From Lingula anatina (taxonomy: Eukaryota > Animalia > Brachiopoda), in the NCBI GenBank assembly GCA_051362555.1, contig CM120647.1, forward strand, positions 2,790,001 to 2,854,000: a stretch of 64,000 nucleotides of DNA. The letters are read 5' to 3'. This document shows positions 35,299 through 47,900 of the stretch, piece after piece (position 1 is the first letter of the stretch; every line of letters starts with the position of its first letter). A model generated the notes under the pieces. That model had not been told where the DNA came from and searched no databases. It saw only the letters and a list, made by a program, of their open reading frames with translations. The translations under genes and the position numbers were made by a program.

Positions 35299-36085
35299 TC
35301 ATGGTTGCCACTTTTAACCGTAACTCGGGGATAACTTTTTCCCACGGGACCAGTGATGTTGCTCGTAATTTGCGAAAGGCGTCATCATAAATACGCCAAG
35401 CATTAGCATTGGGAAGCTTACTTAATTCTCTAATAGTTGAACCGTACTTAAGTAAGTTCACAGACTCGTTTGGAAATTTTTGTAAGAAAATCGCTGAAAA
35501 GACAAAAAAGGCATCCGTCCATTGGTAAAGCGTAATCGGCGATTTCTGCGAGGGCATATGGATCACTTCAAATTTCATTGGCTGGACCTTGATAGCGAAA
35601 TCATCATTATGGTTGGAGGGAAGAAGGAGCCGGAAATCTATAAACTCATTGTTCCAAATCTTTTGCTTCAATTTGGGTGGAATTAAAGCTCCTAAAGGAA
35701 TGCCATCAGTTAAATCTACAGGTAGAGCTGAAGTGACATGACTCTCACCTGTGAAAACATTGTCGATCAGACCACTGATACTGTGTATCTGCTGTTGAAC
35801 ATGAGCCTCTTGAAGGGAGGGGTCGGAAGAAGAAGCGCTCGACATCTCTGTGTTTGATGCAGTTTGGTGAGCAATAATACGCTGTGCCAACAAATCATAG
35901 TCGATAACAGGTGTAGTAGAGGTCGATTCCGTCTCTGAAGTAGGTGCGGCGGTGGGTCTCGGCCTCTTGCTTCTAGTAGCAGTTGATGTCGCAGCCGGTC
36001 GTCGTATGCTGGAAACTGAGCGCGCATTGGAGACACCCGACATCCTCGGCCGCCTACTCCTCCCGGGAGTGGTCTTGGGAGGCAT
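35063..36085 (-). CDS. gag: Ngaro gag-like ORF1 (first ATG 36085) with C-terminal Cys/His zinc fingers
   Basis: KQKIWNNEFIDF, WRIYDDAFR, CFAFNRG..C..CKYKHCCQHCQGLH..C. Confidence 0.88.
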   Translation of the reverse strand: MPPKTTPGRSRRPRMSGVSNARSVSSIRRPAATSTATRSKRPRPTAAPTSETESTSTTPVIDYDLLAQRIIAHQTASNTEMSSASSSDPSLQEAHVQQQIHSISGLIDNVFTGESHVTSALPVDLTDGIPLGALIPPKLKQKIWNNEFIDFRLLLPSNHNDDFAIKVQPMKFEVIHMPSQKSPITLYQWTDAFFVFSAIFLQKFPNESVNLLKYGSTIRELSKLPNANAWRIYDDAFRKLRATSLVPWEKVIPELRLKVATMNVSPPFLRPFRQGVCFAFNRGDKCVTSPCKYKHCCQHCQGLHPRIKCRTHPAQLQSPPTKLSPNSNKPYPVTAGTSRL

Positions 36086-36440
36086 AGTAACTAAAGACAA
36101 AGGAAACTAATAAGGTCACACTAAGGCAACTGAATGTACATATGACATAATCAGAAAGAAAATTCTTCGGGCCAGGTAAATAAAGTAAACGGCATCTACC
36201 CACAAATAGCCTGAGTAGATATGCCATAAGCCATAGTTTTATTAAAAGTGTAACAAAAAAAAAATTATATATATATTATATTTCCTAGTCCGCCGCCAGA
36301 GCCTATCCAAGCAGGCAACAGCCTCAGCTCAGCCTTGCATTTGAAAACAGGGATATCCGGTAAAAATTGACTAGACAAACACACAAACAGCTGGGTGACT
36401 CCCCAAAAACCAGGAGTATAACAACTCCCCAAAATAAAAA

Positions 36441-36737
36441 CCTAGTATACCAGATACCACACAGGGCTCTCACTACTAGGCAAACAATTAAAAAACCTGG
36501 GAAATACACCCAGGACCTAGTATACCAGATACCACACAGGGCTCTCACTACTAGGCAAACAATTAAACACCTGGGAAATACTCCCAGAGCCTAGTATACC
36601 AGATACCACACAGGGCTCTCACTACTAGGCAAACAATTAAACACCTGGGAAAAACTCCCAGAACCTAGTATACCAGATACCACACAGGGCTCTCACTACT
36701 AGGCAAACAATTAAACACCTGGGAAATACACCCAGAA
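36441..36737. repeat. 74-75 bp tandem repeat x4 in the Ngaro 5' leader
   Basis: CCTAGTATACCAGATACCACACAGGGCTCTCACTACTAGGC.. starts at 36441, 36516, 36590, 36664. Confidence 0.9.
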
Positions 36738-37304
36738 CAAGTAAACAACGGGGAAGTACACCCAAAACAAAGAGCATAACAACTCCAAAAATGCATGTAG
36801 CCTAGTCGACCAGAAACCCATAAAAACACGGCACCTGGTAATGCGGACACGGAAACAATATGAAGACAGAAACGTACAGATTACGGCATGTCAACGACAG
36901 CCGAAAATGTAAAAACAGCGGAATTCCTGGCCCGGTAAAAATATCAATATGAATAAAATAGCTACACACAAAGAGGAAAACAAAATTTTGAAGAATAACA
37001 CGATAAAGTGACATCTAAACAAATTAATTAACAACTGCAGCACATGACAGACTATAAATCTGATTATTAGAACACGTGAATAAGGGGGAAATGAAGATAA
37101 TATAAAATTACTGGCCTGTGTATGATCCAAGAACTTGAAGTTGAAGTCTCCCAAATAAAAGGAAACAGCCGTCGCCGAAACTTGATAACAAAACTGGTGG
37201 CTTGGAAAAACAGAATAATATCCGAAGAAAATACAGTCACCAAGTATCAAGAAACTGGCCGTCCCCAAATCTTGAAATCACAAAAGTAGATGGCTGGTAA
37301 CCAA

Positions 37305-37673
37305 TGTAAAATTAAAATAAAGAAACGCAAGAAATTATAATACTGTGAAGCTGCTGAAATTGCGTGTACATATCATCGCAGCTAAAAGGCTGAATGACTT
37401 CTCGCTAATGCAGCTCGCAAGAAGTAGTTTCCTAAAACTCATATAAAATTAACTGTGTGCCTAGATACACAGCAGCTAAGACAATTTGACCCTGGACATC
37501 TGTTATCACCTTGCCTTGGTCAACTACTTAAGATCAAAATGTGCAGACACAAGACCTAAACCCAGACTACTTCCTATAAACAAAGCGTAGATGGATTACC
37601 AACAAAGCTATTACCACCACTAAAAACAAACCATTTCCTACATAAATACAATTAATTATCTTAATTGTAGTTT
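37305..37673 (-). repeat. Ngaro split direct repeat A1
   Basis: Matches 31584-31952. Confidence 0.92.
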
Positions 37674-38743
37674 GACTTTTAGACTATTTTGCAAACCTGA
37701 AAAAAAAGTGATCTTGACTTAGAGATCCCACTGTTCCCCTCTCTCCCTGAGGCTGGAGAAGCACTGCTCAGGCCACTTTGTTTAAGGGGGACAGGAGAAA
37801 ATTTTCAAGGAATTAAATATTGTTAAAAAAAGGTCATCACGATTCATATAAATTTTAATGGAGTTAGAAAAGACAGAAGAGGAGGAGATCTTGCAAATGT
37901 CTGCTTAAATTTTTCTGAGATAACAAAGAGAGAATGAATGAGAGACATGATTCAAACAAGTCAGTCATCGTGATTTTGGAAAAGATCATTTCTATATAAA
38001 AAATGGGCTGCAATTTGATTTTAAAGGACCATCCATTTTTAATTATACACACTAAGATTAAGCTGTCATTGTAATATGCATTCCCAAACTCTCAACAACA
38101 ACCGAGTGCCCTCACTTTTCTCACCTGAGGGATTAAAAACTAGTCAAAGTCATATGCTTGCCTATTAAATTCTTTAGCTGGCATTTAATTACTCGTAGCA
38201 ATTGTCACTGCATTATGAGCAGTTGCATTAACTGAGAGCCAAGAGAAATACAACTGCTGAGACATTATGGAAAAGTAATATGTTTTGAGATTTCCCTTAA
38301 AAACATTAAATAACATTTTTTTTCGTCTGGTTAAATTGGTCAAGGCTCTAGCTTGTTTTTCCAAATTCTCATGACCACCTGGATATGTAATGGTTGATTT
38401 ATAGTAAAGCAGTAAACCTAACACAAGTGCTTCATCGGTCTCATATCTACAAATCTGAAGAACTAAGAGCAATGGCATCGGAGCAAGTGCCTTGAAGTGC
38501 CATGTGTGGTACAATGCAGTACACAAACCAACACATTTATTCATTTACCATCCAGCTTTACGTCACATTCATAAAGACAAGTATATAATTCTGTGTTCTA
38601 AATATAAACACAGAGTAAGTAAAATATATTAAGACATATAAAGTGGTAACATGGGTGTACACAGTAATAAGAATATAAACAAACACATACAGAGTGTGTT
38701 TGCATATATATTCTGATCACTGTGACTCTTTGTATTCTTCTTG

Positions 38744-38950
38744 ACTGGGTTCCCATACCTAGATTGATCTAACAGGATCGATCCATCCCGAGGGGTTTCT
38801 CCCTATCTTGCTTTCAGCTTAAGCATCTTAGATGTCTGGCATGCCAACTGAAGCTACTAAACAATAATGAGATACCCCCAAGCAGCTTCAGTAGATGGGG
38901 CCTAAGTTATTTACAATTTAGTTAGAATCCCTTGTGAGATAGATCGATCC
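38744..38950. mobile_element. MITE copy related to 11905-12078
   Basis: GTTCCCATACCTAGATTGATCTA..GGGGTTTCTC..TCTGGCATGCCAACTGAAGC..GATCGATCC. Confidence 0.6.
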
Positions 38951-38984
38951 ACAGTTGGTATTTAAGGGTCTGGAAATGATCCCT

Positions 38985-41900
38985 TTCATTACAGTGCATG
39001 TCTTGGTATGCTGTTTGTAATCATTACTGTAACTGTGCATGTTGGTGTTGTTGCTGTAAGCATAGTTTGTGTCTGTTTGTACTCTGATTGCTGTTTCCAT
39101 TCTGTATTGTCATTGTATGTGTTTGTACATATTGTGATCACTGTGTATGACTGTGTAATCAACCAATTATTTGTATTCATTCTAGTTACTGTGCATGGTT
39201 GTGCTGTCAACGTACATGTCATAATTTATTCTCATCAATGTGTATGTCTGTATTGTGACTGTGTGTGTTTGTATCTATTTCCATCACTGTGCATGTTTGT
39301 GTTGTGTCTATTCTGTATTGTTACTGAATGTGTTTTTATATATTGTGATGACTGGGTATGGCTATGTTTTCACTCTTTTTCCTGTTATCACTGCACATGT
39401 TAAATTTATTATTTATATTTGTGTATGTTTGTGTTGTTACTGTTTGTGCATGCACATAATAAAATTGATTACTGTGCATGTTGGTGTTGTCACTGTTTGT
39501 GTTTGTTTTTATTGTGCGATATGTATCAGTTTTGTCACTCTATTTGTTTGAAATCATAACTCTTGCGCTGAATGATGGTGTTGTCAATGTATGTCTTTGT
39601 GTCTCTTTATATTGTGTTTGCTGTGTCCATTCTATATTGTTACTAAATGTGTTTTTATATATTGAGACGAATGTAAAGGGCTATGTTTACACTTTCTTTC
39701 TTTGTGCTCATTGTCATTAAGGTGCACGTTACAATTGTCAATGTACATACAAATATTTATTTTGATCACTGTGTATGTTTGTGTTGTTACTGTTTGTGTC
39801 TGCATATGATTCTGAGCACTGTGTAAGTCTGTTTGTCCTATTTGTTTGTAATCATTATCAATTACTGTGCATGTTTATGCTAACATTGTTTGTGTTTGTA
39901 TTTATTATGATCACTGTGTATGCTTGTGTCATTACTGTTAATGTTTGTATTTATTATGAGCACTATATATGTCGATTTTGTCACTCTATTTGTTTATAAT
40001 CATTACTATTGAGCTGAATGATGGTGTTGTCAATGTATGTCTATGGGTCTGCTTAAATTGTGTTTGCTGTGTCCATTCTATATTGTTACTGAATGTGTTT
40101 GTATATATTGTGAAGAATGTGTACAGCTATGTTTTCACTCATTTTTCTTGTATTTGTTGTCATTACAGTGCACGTTACTGTTGTCACTGTAAATGTTAAT
40201 ATTTATTTCAATTAATTGCTGATTGCTGTGTATGACTGTTTAATTACACAATTTATTTGTGTTCATTCTGGTAACTGTGCATGGTTTTATCACTGTACAT
40301 GTCAAAATTTTTTGTGATCACTGTGTAGTCTGTATTTTGACTGTGTTTGTATTTATTTTGATTACTGTGCATGTTTGTGCTATCACTGTTCGAGTATGTA
40401 TTTATTCTCAGCACTATGTATGTCAGTTTGTCGCTCTATTTGTTTGTAATCATTACTATTGCGCTGAATGATGGTGTTGTCAATGTATGTCTATGTGTCT
40501 GTTTATATTGTGTTTGCTGTGTCCATTCTATATTGTTACTGAATGTGTTTGTATGAATGTGTACGGCTATGTTTTCTCTTTCTTTCCTTGTGTTCATTGT
40601 CATTACGGGGCACGTTACAATTATCAATGTTCATGTAAATATTTATTTTGATCACTGTGTATGTTTGTGTTGGTACTGTTTGTGTCTGCATGCTATTCTG
40701 AGCACTAAGTAAGTATGATTGTCCTATTTGTTTGTAATCATTATCAATTACTGTGCATGTTTATGCTGTCATTGAATGTGTTAATTTGTATTTATTATGA
40801 TCATTGTGTATGTTTGCATAATTACTGATGATGTTAGTATTTATTGTGAGCACTGTGCATGTCAGTTTTGTCACTTTATTTGTTTGTAATCATTACTATT
40901 GCGCTGAATAATGCTGTCGTCAATGAATGTCTTTGTGTCTGTTAATATTATTTGCTGTGTACATTCTGTATTGTTACTGAATGAGTATGTATATAATGTG
41001 AAGAATTTGTACAGCTATGTTTTCACTCATTTTCCTTGTATTTGTTGTCATTACAGTGCATGTTACTGTTGTCACTGTACATTTTAATATTTATTTTGAT
41101 CACTGTGTATATCTGTGTTTTCACTACATCACTGATCACTGTGTATGACTGTGTTATCACCCAATTAATTTGTGTTCATTCTGGTAACTGTGCATGGTTG
41201 TGTCACTTGTGTACATGTCAAATTCTTTTGTGAATCACTGTATGTGTAGTCTGTATTGTGACTGTGTTTGTTTGAATATATTTTGATTACTGTGCATATT
41301 TGTGTTGTCACTGTTCAAGTTTGTATTTATTCTCAGCACTATGTATGTCAGTTTGTCGCTCAATTTGTTTGTTATCATTACTATTGCGCTGCATGATGGT
41401 AATGTCAATGTATGTCTATGTGTCTGTTTATATTGTGTTTGCTGTGTCCATTCTATATTGTTACTGAATGTGTGTGTATATATTGTGATGAATGTGTACG
41501 GCTATGTTTTCACTTTCTTTCATTGTGTTCATTGTCATTAAGGTGCACGTTACAATTGTCAATGTACATACAAATATTTATTTTGATCACTGTGTATGTT
41601 TGTGTTGTTACTGTTTGTGTCTGCATATGATTCTGAGCACTGTTTGTCATATTTGTTTGTAATCATTAGAAATTACTGTTCATGTTTTTGCTGTCATTGT
41701 TTGTGTTTGTATTTATTATGATCACTGTGTATGTTTGTGTCTTTACTGTTGATGTTTGTATTTATTGTGAGCACTGTGCATGTCAGTATTGTCACTTTAT
41801 TTGATTGTAATCATTACTGTTGTGCTGAATAATTGTGTGGTAAATATAGGTCTGTGTGTCTGTTTATATTATTTGTTGTGTCTACTCTGAATATTTTCTG

Positions 41901-44900
41901 AATTTGTTTGTGTATATTGTGAAGAATGTGTACGCCTATGTTTTCACTGTTTTTCCTTGTATTTGTTGTCATTCTGGTGCATGTTATTGTTGTCAATGTA
42001 CATGTTAATATATTTTGATCACTGTATATGTTTATGTCATTACTGTTGGTGTTTGTATTTATTGTGAGCAGTGTGTATATCAGTTTTGTCTCTCTATTTG
42101 TTTGTTATCATTACTATTGCGCTGCATTTTTATGTTGTCACTGTATATCTATGTGTCTGTTCATATTCTGTTTGCTGTGTCTATTCTGTATTGTTACTGA
42201 ATGTGTTTATATATATTGTATTGGCGGTGTAGGGCTTCTTCAATCTTTTTCCTTGTGTTCATTCTGGTAACTGTGCATGGCTGTGTCACTGTACATGTCA
42301 AATTTTTTTGTGATCACTGTGTAGCCTGTATTGTGTCTGTGTTTGTATTTATTTTGATTACTGTGCATGTTTGTGTTGTCACTGTTCAAGTTTGTATTTA
42401 TTTTCAGCACTGTGTATGTCAGTTTTGTCACTCTATTTGTTTATTATTATTATTACTATTGCGCTGCATGATGGTGTTGTCAGTGTATGTCTATGTGTCT
42501 TTTTATATTTGGTTTGCTGTGTCCATTCTATATTGTTACTAAATGTGTTTTTATATATTGAGACGAATGTAAACGGCTATGTTTACACTTTCTTTCTTTG
42601 TGCTCATTGTCATTAAGGTGCACGTTACAATTGTCAATGTACATACAAATATTTATTTTGATCACTGTGTATGTTTGTGTTGTTACTGTTTGTGTCTGCA
42701 TATGATTCTGAGCACTGTGTAAGTCTGTTTGTCCTATTTGTTTGTAATCATTATCAATTACTGTGCATGTTTATGCTAACATTGTTTGTGTTTGTATTTA
42801 TTATGATCACTGTGTATGCTTGTGTCATTACTGTTAATGTTTGTATTTATTATGAGCACTATATATGTCGATTTTGTCACTCTATTTGTTTATAATCATT
42901 ACTATTGAGCTGAATGATGGTGTTGTCAATGTATGTCTATGGGTCTGCTTAAATTGTGTTTGCTGTGTCCATTCTATATTGTTACTGAATGTGTTTGTAT
43001 ATATTGTGAAGAATGTGTACAGCTATGTTTTCACTCATTTTTCTTGTATTTGTTGTCATTACAGTGCACGTTACTGTTGTCACTGTAAATGTTAATATTT
43101 ATTTCAATTAATTGCTGATTGCTGTGTATGACTGTTTAATTACACAATTTATTTGTGTTCATTCTGGTAACTGTGCATGGTTTTATCACTGTACATGTCA
43201 AAATTTTTTGTGATCACTGTGTAGTCTGTATTTTGACTGTGTTTGTATTTATTTTGATTACTGTGCATGTTTGTGCTATCACTGTTCGAGTATGTATTTA
43301 TTCTCAGCACTATGTATGTCAGTTTGTCGCTCTATTTGTTTGTAATCATTACTATTGCGCTGAATGATGGTGTTGTCAATGTATGTCTATGTGTCTGTTT
43401 ATATTGTGTTTGCTGTGTCCATTCTATATTGTTACTGAATGTGTTTGTATGAATGTGTACGGCTATGTTTTCTCTTTCTTTCCTTGTGTTCATTGTCATT
43501 ACGGGGCACGTTACAATTATCAATGTTCATGTAAATATTTATTTTGATCACTGTGTATGTTTGTGTTGGTACTGTTTGTGTCTGCATGCTATTCTGAGCA
43601 CTAAGTAAGTATGATTGTCCTATTTGTTTGTAATCATTATCAATTACTGTGCATGTTTATGCTGTCATTGAATGTGTTAATTTGTATTTATTATGATCAT
43701 TGTGTATGTTTGCATAATTACTGATGATGTTAGTATTTATTGTGAGCACTGTGCATGTCAGTTTTGTCACTTTATTTGTTTGTAATCATTACTATTGCGC
43801 TGAATAATGCTGTCGTCAATGAATGTCTTTGTGTCTGTTAATATTATTTGCTGTGTACATTCTGTATTGTTACTGAATGAGTATGTATATAATGTGAAGA
43901 ATGTGTACAGCTATGTTTTCACTCATTTTCCTTGTATTTGTTGTCATTACAGTGCATGTTACTGTTGTCACTGTACATTTTAATATTTATTTTGATCACT
44001 GTGTATATCTGTGTTTTCACTACATCACTGATCACTGTGTATGACTGTGTTATCACCCAATTAATTTGTGTTCATTCTGGTAACTGTGCATGGTTGTGTC
44101 ACTTGTGTACATGTCAAATTCTTTTGTGAATCACTGTATGTGTAGTCTGTATTGTGACTGTGTTTGTTTGAATATATTTTGATTACTGTGCATATTTGTG
44201 TTGTCACTGTTCAAGTTTGTATTTATTCTCAGCACTATGTATGTCAGTTTGTCGCTCAATTTGTTTGTTATCATTACTATTGCGCTGCATGATGGTAATG
44301 TCAATGTATGTCTATGTGTCTGTTTATATTGTGTTTGCTGTGTCCATTCTATATTGTTACTGAATGTGTGTGTATATATTGTGATGAATGTGTACGGCTA
44401 TGTTTTCACTTTCTTTCATTGTGTTCATTGTCATTAAGGTGCACGTTACAATTGTCAATGTACATACAAATATTTATTTTGATCACTGTGTATGTTTGTG
44501 TTGTTACTGTTTGTGTCTGCATATGATTCTGAGCACTGTTTGTCATATTTGTTTGTAATCATTAGAAATTACTGTTCATGTTTTTGCTGTCATTGTTTGT
44601 GTTTGTATTTATTATGATCACTGTGTATGTTTGTGTCTTTACTGTTGATGTTTGTATTTATTGTGAGCACTGTGCATGTCAGTATTGTCACTTTATTTGA
44701 TTGTAATCATTACTGTTGTGCTGAATAATTGTGTGGTAAATATAGGTCTGTGTGTCTGTTTATATTATTTGTTGTGTCTACTCTGAATATTTTCTGAATT
44801 TGTTTGTGTATATTGTGAAGAATGTGTACGCCTATGTTTTCACTGTTTTTCCTTGTATTTGTTGTCATTCTGGTGCATGTTATTGTTGTCAATGTACATG

Positions 44901-47900
44901 TTAATATATTTTGATCACTGTATATGTTTATGTCATTACTGTTGGTGTTTGTATTTATTGTGAGCAGTGTGTATATCAGTTTTGTCTCTCTATTTGTTTG
45001 TTATCATTACTATTGCGCTGCATTTTTATGTTGTCACTGTATATCTATGTGTCTGTTCATATTCTGTTTGCTGTGTCTATTCTGTATTGTTACTGAATGT
45101 GTTTATATATATTGTATTGGCGGTGTAGGGCTTCTTCAATCTTTTTCCTTGTGTTCATTCTGGTAACTGTGCATGGCTGTGTCACTGTACATGTCAAATT
45201 TTTTTGTGATCACTGTGTAGCCTGTATTGTGTCTGTGTTTGTATTTATTTTGATTACTGTGCATGTTTGTGTTGTCACTGTTCAAGTTTGTATTTATTTT
45301 CAGCACTGTGTATGTCAGTTTTGTCACTCTATTTGTTTATTATTATTATTACTATTGCGCTGCATGATGGTGTTGTCAGTGTATGTCTATGTGTCTTTTT
45401 ATATTTGGTTTGCTGTGTCCATTCTATATTGTTACTAAATGTGTTTTTATATATTGAGACGAATGTAAACGGCTATGTTTACACTTTCTTTCTTTGTGCT
45501 CATTGTCATTAAGGTGCACGTTACAATTGTCAATGTACATACAAATATTTATTTTGATCACTGTGTATGTTTGTGTTGTTACTGTTTGTGTCTGCATATG
45601 ATTCTGAGCACTGTGTAAGTCTGTTTGTCCTATTTGTTTGTAATCATTATCAATTACTGTGCATGTTTATGCTAACATTGTTTGTGTTTGTATTTATTAT
45701 GATCACTGTGTATGCTTGTGTCATTACTGTTAATGTTTGTATTTATTATGAGCACTATATATGTCGATTTTGTCACTCTATTTGTTTATAATCATTACTA
45801 TTGAGCTGAATGATGGTGTTGTCAATGTATGTCTATGGGTCTGCTTAAATTGTGTTTGCTGTGTCCATTCTATATTGTTACTGAATGTGTTTGTATATAT
45901 TGTGAAGAAAGTGTACAGCTATGTTTTCACTCATTTTTCTTGTATTTGTTGTCATTACAGTGCACGTTACTGTTGTCACTGTAAATGTTAATATTTATTT
46001 CAATTAATTGCTGATTGCTGTGTATGACTGTTTAATTACACAATTTATTTGTGTTCATTCTGGTAACTGTGCATGGTTTTATCACTGTACATGTCAAAAT
46101 TTTTTGTGATCACTGTGTAGTCTGTATTTTGACTGTGTTTGTATTTATTTTGATTACTGTGCATGTTTGTGCTATCACTGTTCGAGTATGTATTTATTCT
46201 CAGCACTATGTATGTCAGTTTGTCGCTCTATTTGTTTGTAATCATTACTATTGCGCTGAATGATGGTGTTGTCAATGTATGTCTATGTGTCTGTTTATAT
46301 TGTGTTTGCTGTGTCCATTCTATATTGTTACTGAATGTGTTTGTATGAATGTGTACGGCTATGTTTTCTCTTTCTTTCCTTGTGTTCATTGTCATTACGG
46401 GGCACGTTACAATTATCAATGTTCATGTAAATATTTATTTTGATCACTGTGTATGTTTGTGTTGGTACTGTTTGTGTCTGCATGCTATTCTGAGCACTAA
46501 GTAAGTATGATTGTCCTATTTGTTTGTAATCATTATCAATTACTGTGCATGTTTATGCTGTCATTGAATGTGTTAATTTGTATTTATTATGATCATTGTG
46601 TATGTTTGCATAATTACTGATGATGTTAGTATTTATTGTGAGCACTGTGCATGTCAGTTTTGTCACTTTATTTGTTTGTAATCATTACTATTGCGCTGAA
46701 TAATGCTGTCGTCAATGAATGTCTTTGTGTCTGTTAATATTATTTGCTGTGTACATTCTGTATTGTTACTGAATGAGTATGTATATAATGTGAAGAATGT
46801 GTACAGCTATGTTTTCACTCATTTTCCTTGTATTTGTTGTCATTACAGTGCATGTTACTGTTGTCACTGTACATTTTAATATTTATTTTGATCACTGTGT
46901 ATATCTGTGTTTTCACTACATCACTGATCACTGTGTATGACTGTGTTATCACCCAATTAATTTGTGTTCATTCTGGTAACTGTGCATGGTTGTGTCACTT
47001 GTGTACATGTCAAATTCTTTTGTGAATCACTGTATGTGTAGTCTGTATTGTGACTGTGTTTGTTTGAATATATTTTGATTACTGTGCATATTTGTGTTGT
47101 CACTGTTCAAGTTTGTATTTATTCTCAGCACTATATATGTCAGTTTGTCGCTCAATTTGTTTGTTATCATTACTATTGCGCTGCATGATGGTAATGTCAA
47201 TGTATGTCTATGTGTCTGTTTATATTGTGTTTGCTGTGTCCATTCTATATTGTTACTGAATGTGTGTGTATATATTGTGATGAATGTGTACGGCTATGTT
47301 TTCACTTTCTTTCATTGTGTTCATTGTCATTAAGGTGCACGTTACAATTGTCAATGTACATACAAATATTTATTTTGATCACTGTGTATGTTTGTGTTGT
47401 TACTGTTTGTGTCTGCATATGATTCTGAGCACTGTTTGTCATATTTGTTTGTAATCATTAGAAATTACTGTTCATGTTTTTGCTGTCATTGTTTGTGTTT
47501 GTATTTATTATGATCACTGTGTATGTTTGTGTCTTTACTGTTGATGTTTGTATTTATTGTGAGCACTGTGCATGTCAGTATTGTCACTTTATTTGATTGT
47601 AATCATTACTGTTGTGCTGAATAATTGTGTGGTAAATATAGGTCTGTGTGTCTGTTTATATTATTTGTTGTGTCTACTCTGAATATTTTCTGAATTTGTT
47701 TGTGTATATTGTGAAGAATGTGTACGCCTATGTTTTCACTGTTTTTCCTTGTATTTGTTGTCATTCTGGTGCATGTTATTGTTGTCAATGTACATGTTAA
47801 TATATATTTGATCACTGTATATGTTTATGTCATTACTGTTGGTGTTTGTATTTATTGTGAGCAGTGTGTATATCAGTTTTGTCTCTCTATTTGTTTGTTA

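Larger units (their letters stand above)
31137..37673 (-). mobile_element. Intact Ngaro-type (DIRS order) tyrosine-recombinase retrotransposon with split direct repeats A1-gag-RT/RH-YR-B1-A2-B2
   Basis: A copies at 37305-37673 and 31584-31952 (369 bp); B copies at 31951-32234 and 31137-31420 (284 bp); three uninterrupted ORFs; no classic TSD. Confidence 0.95.

Noticed and set aside
36441-36737. 74-bp repeats as a repeat-spacer array next to an RT
   Set aside because: Whole units are near-identical; there are no variable spacers
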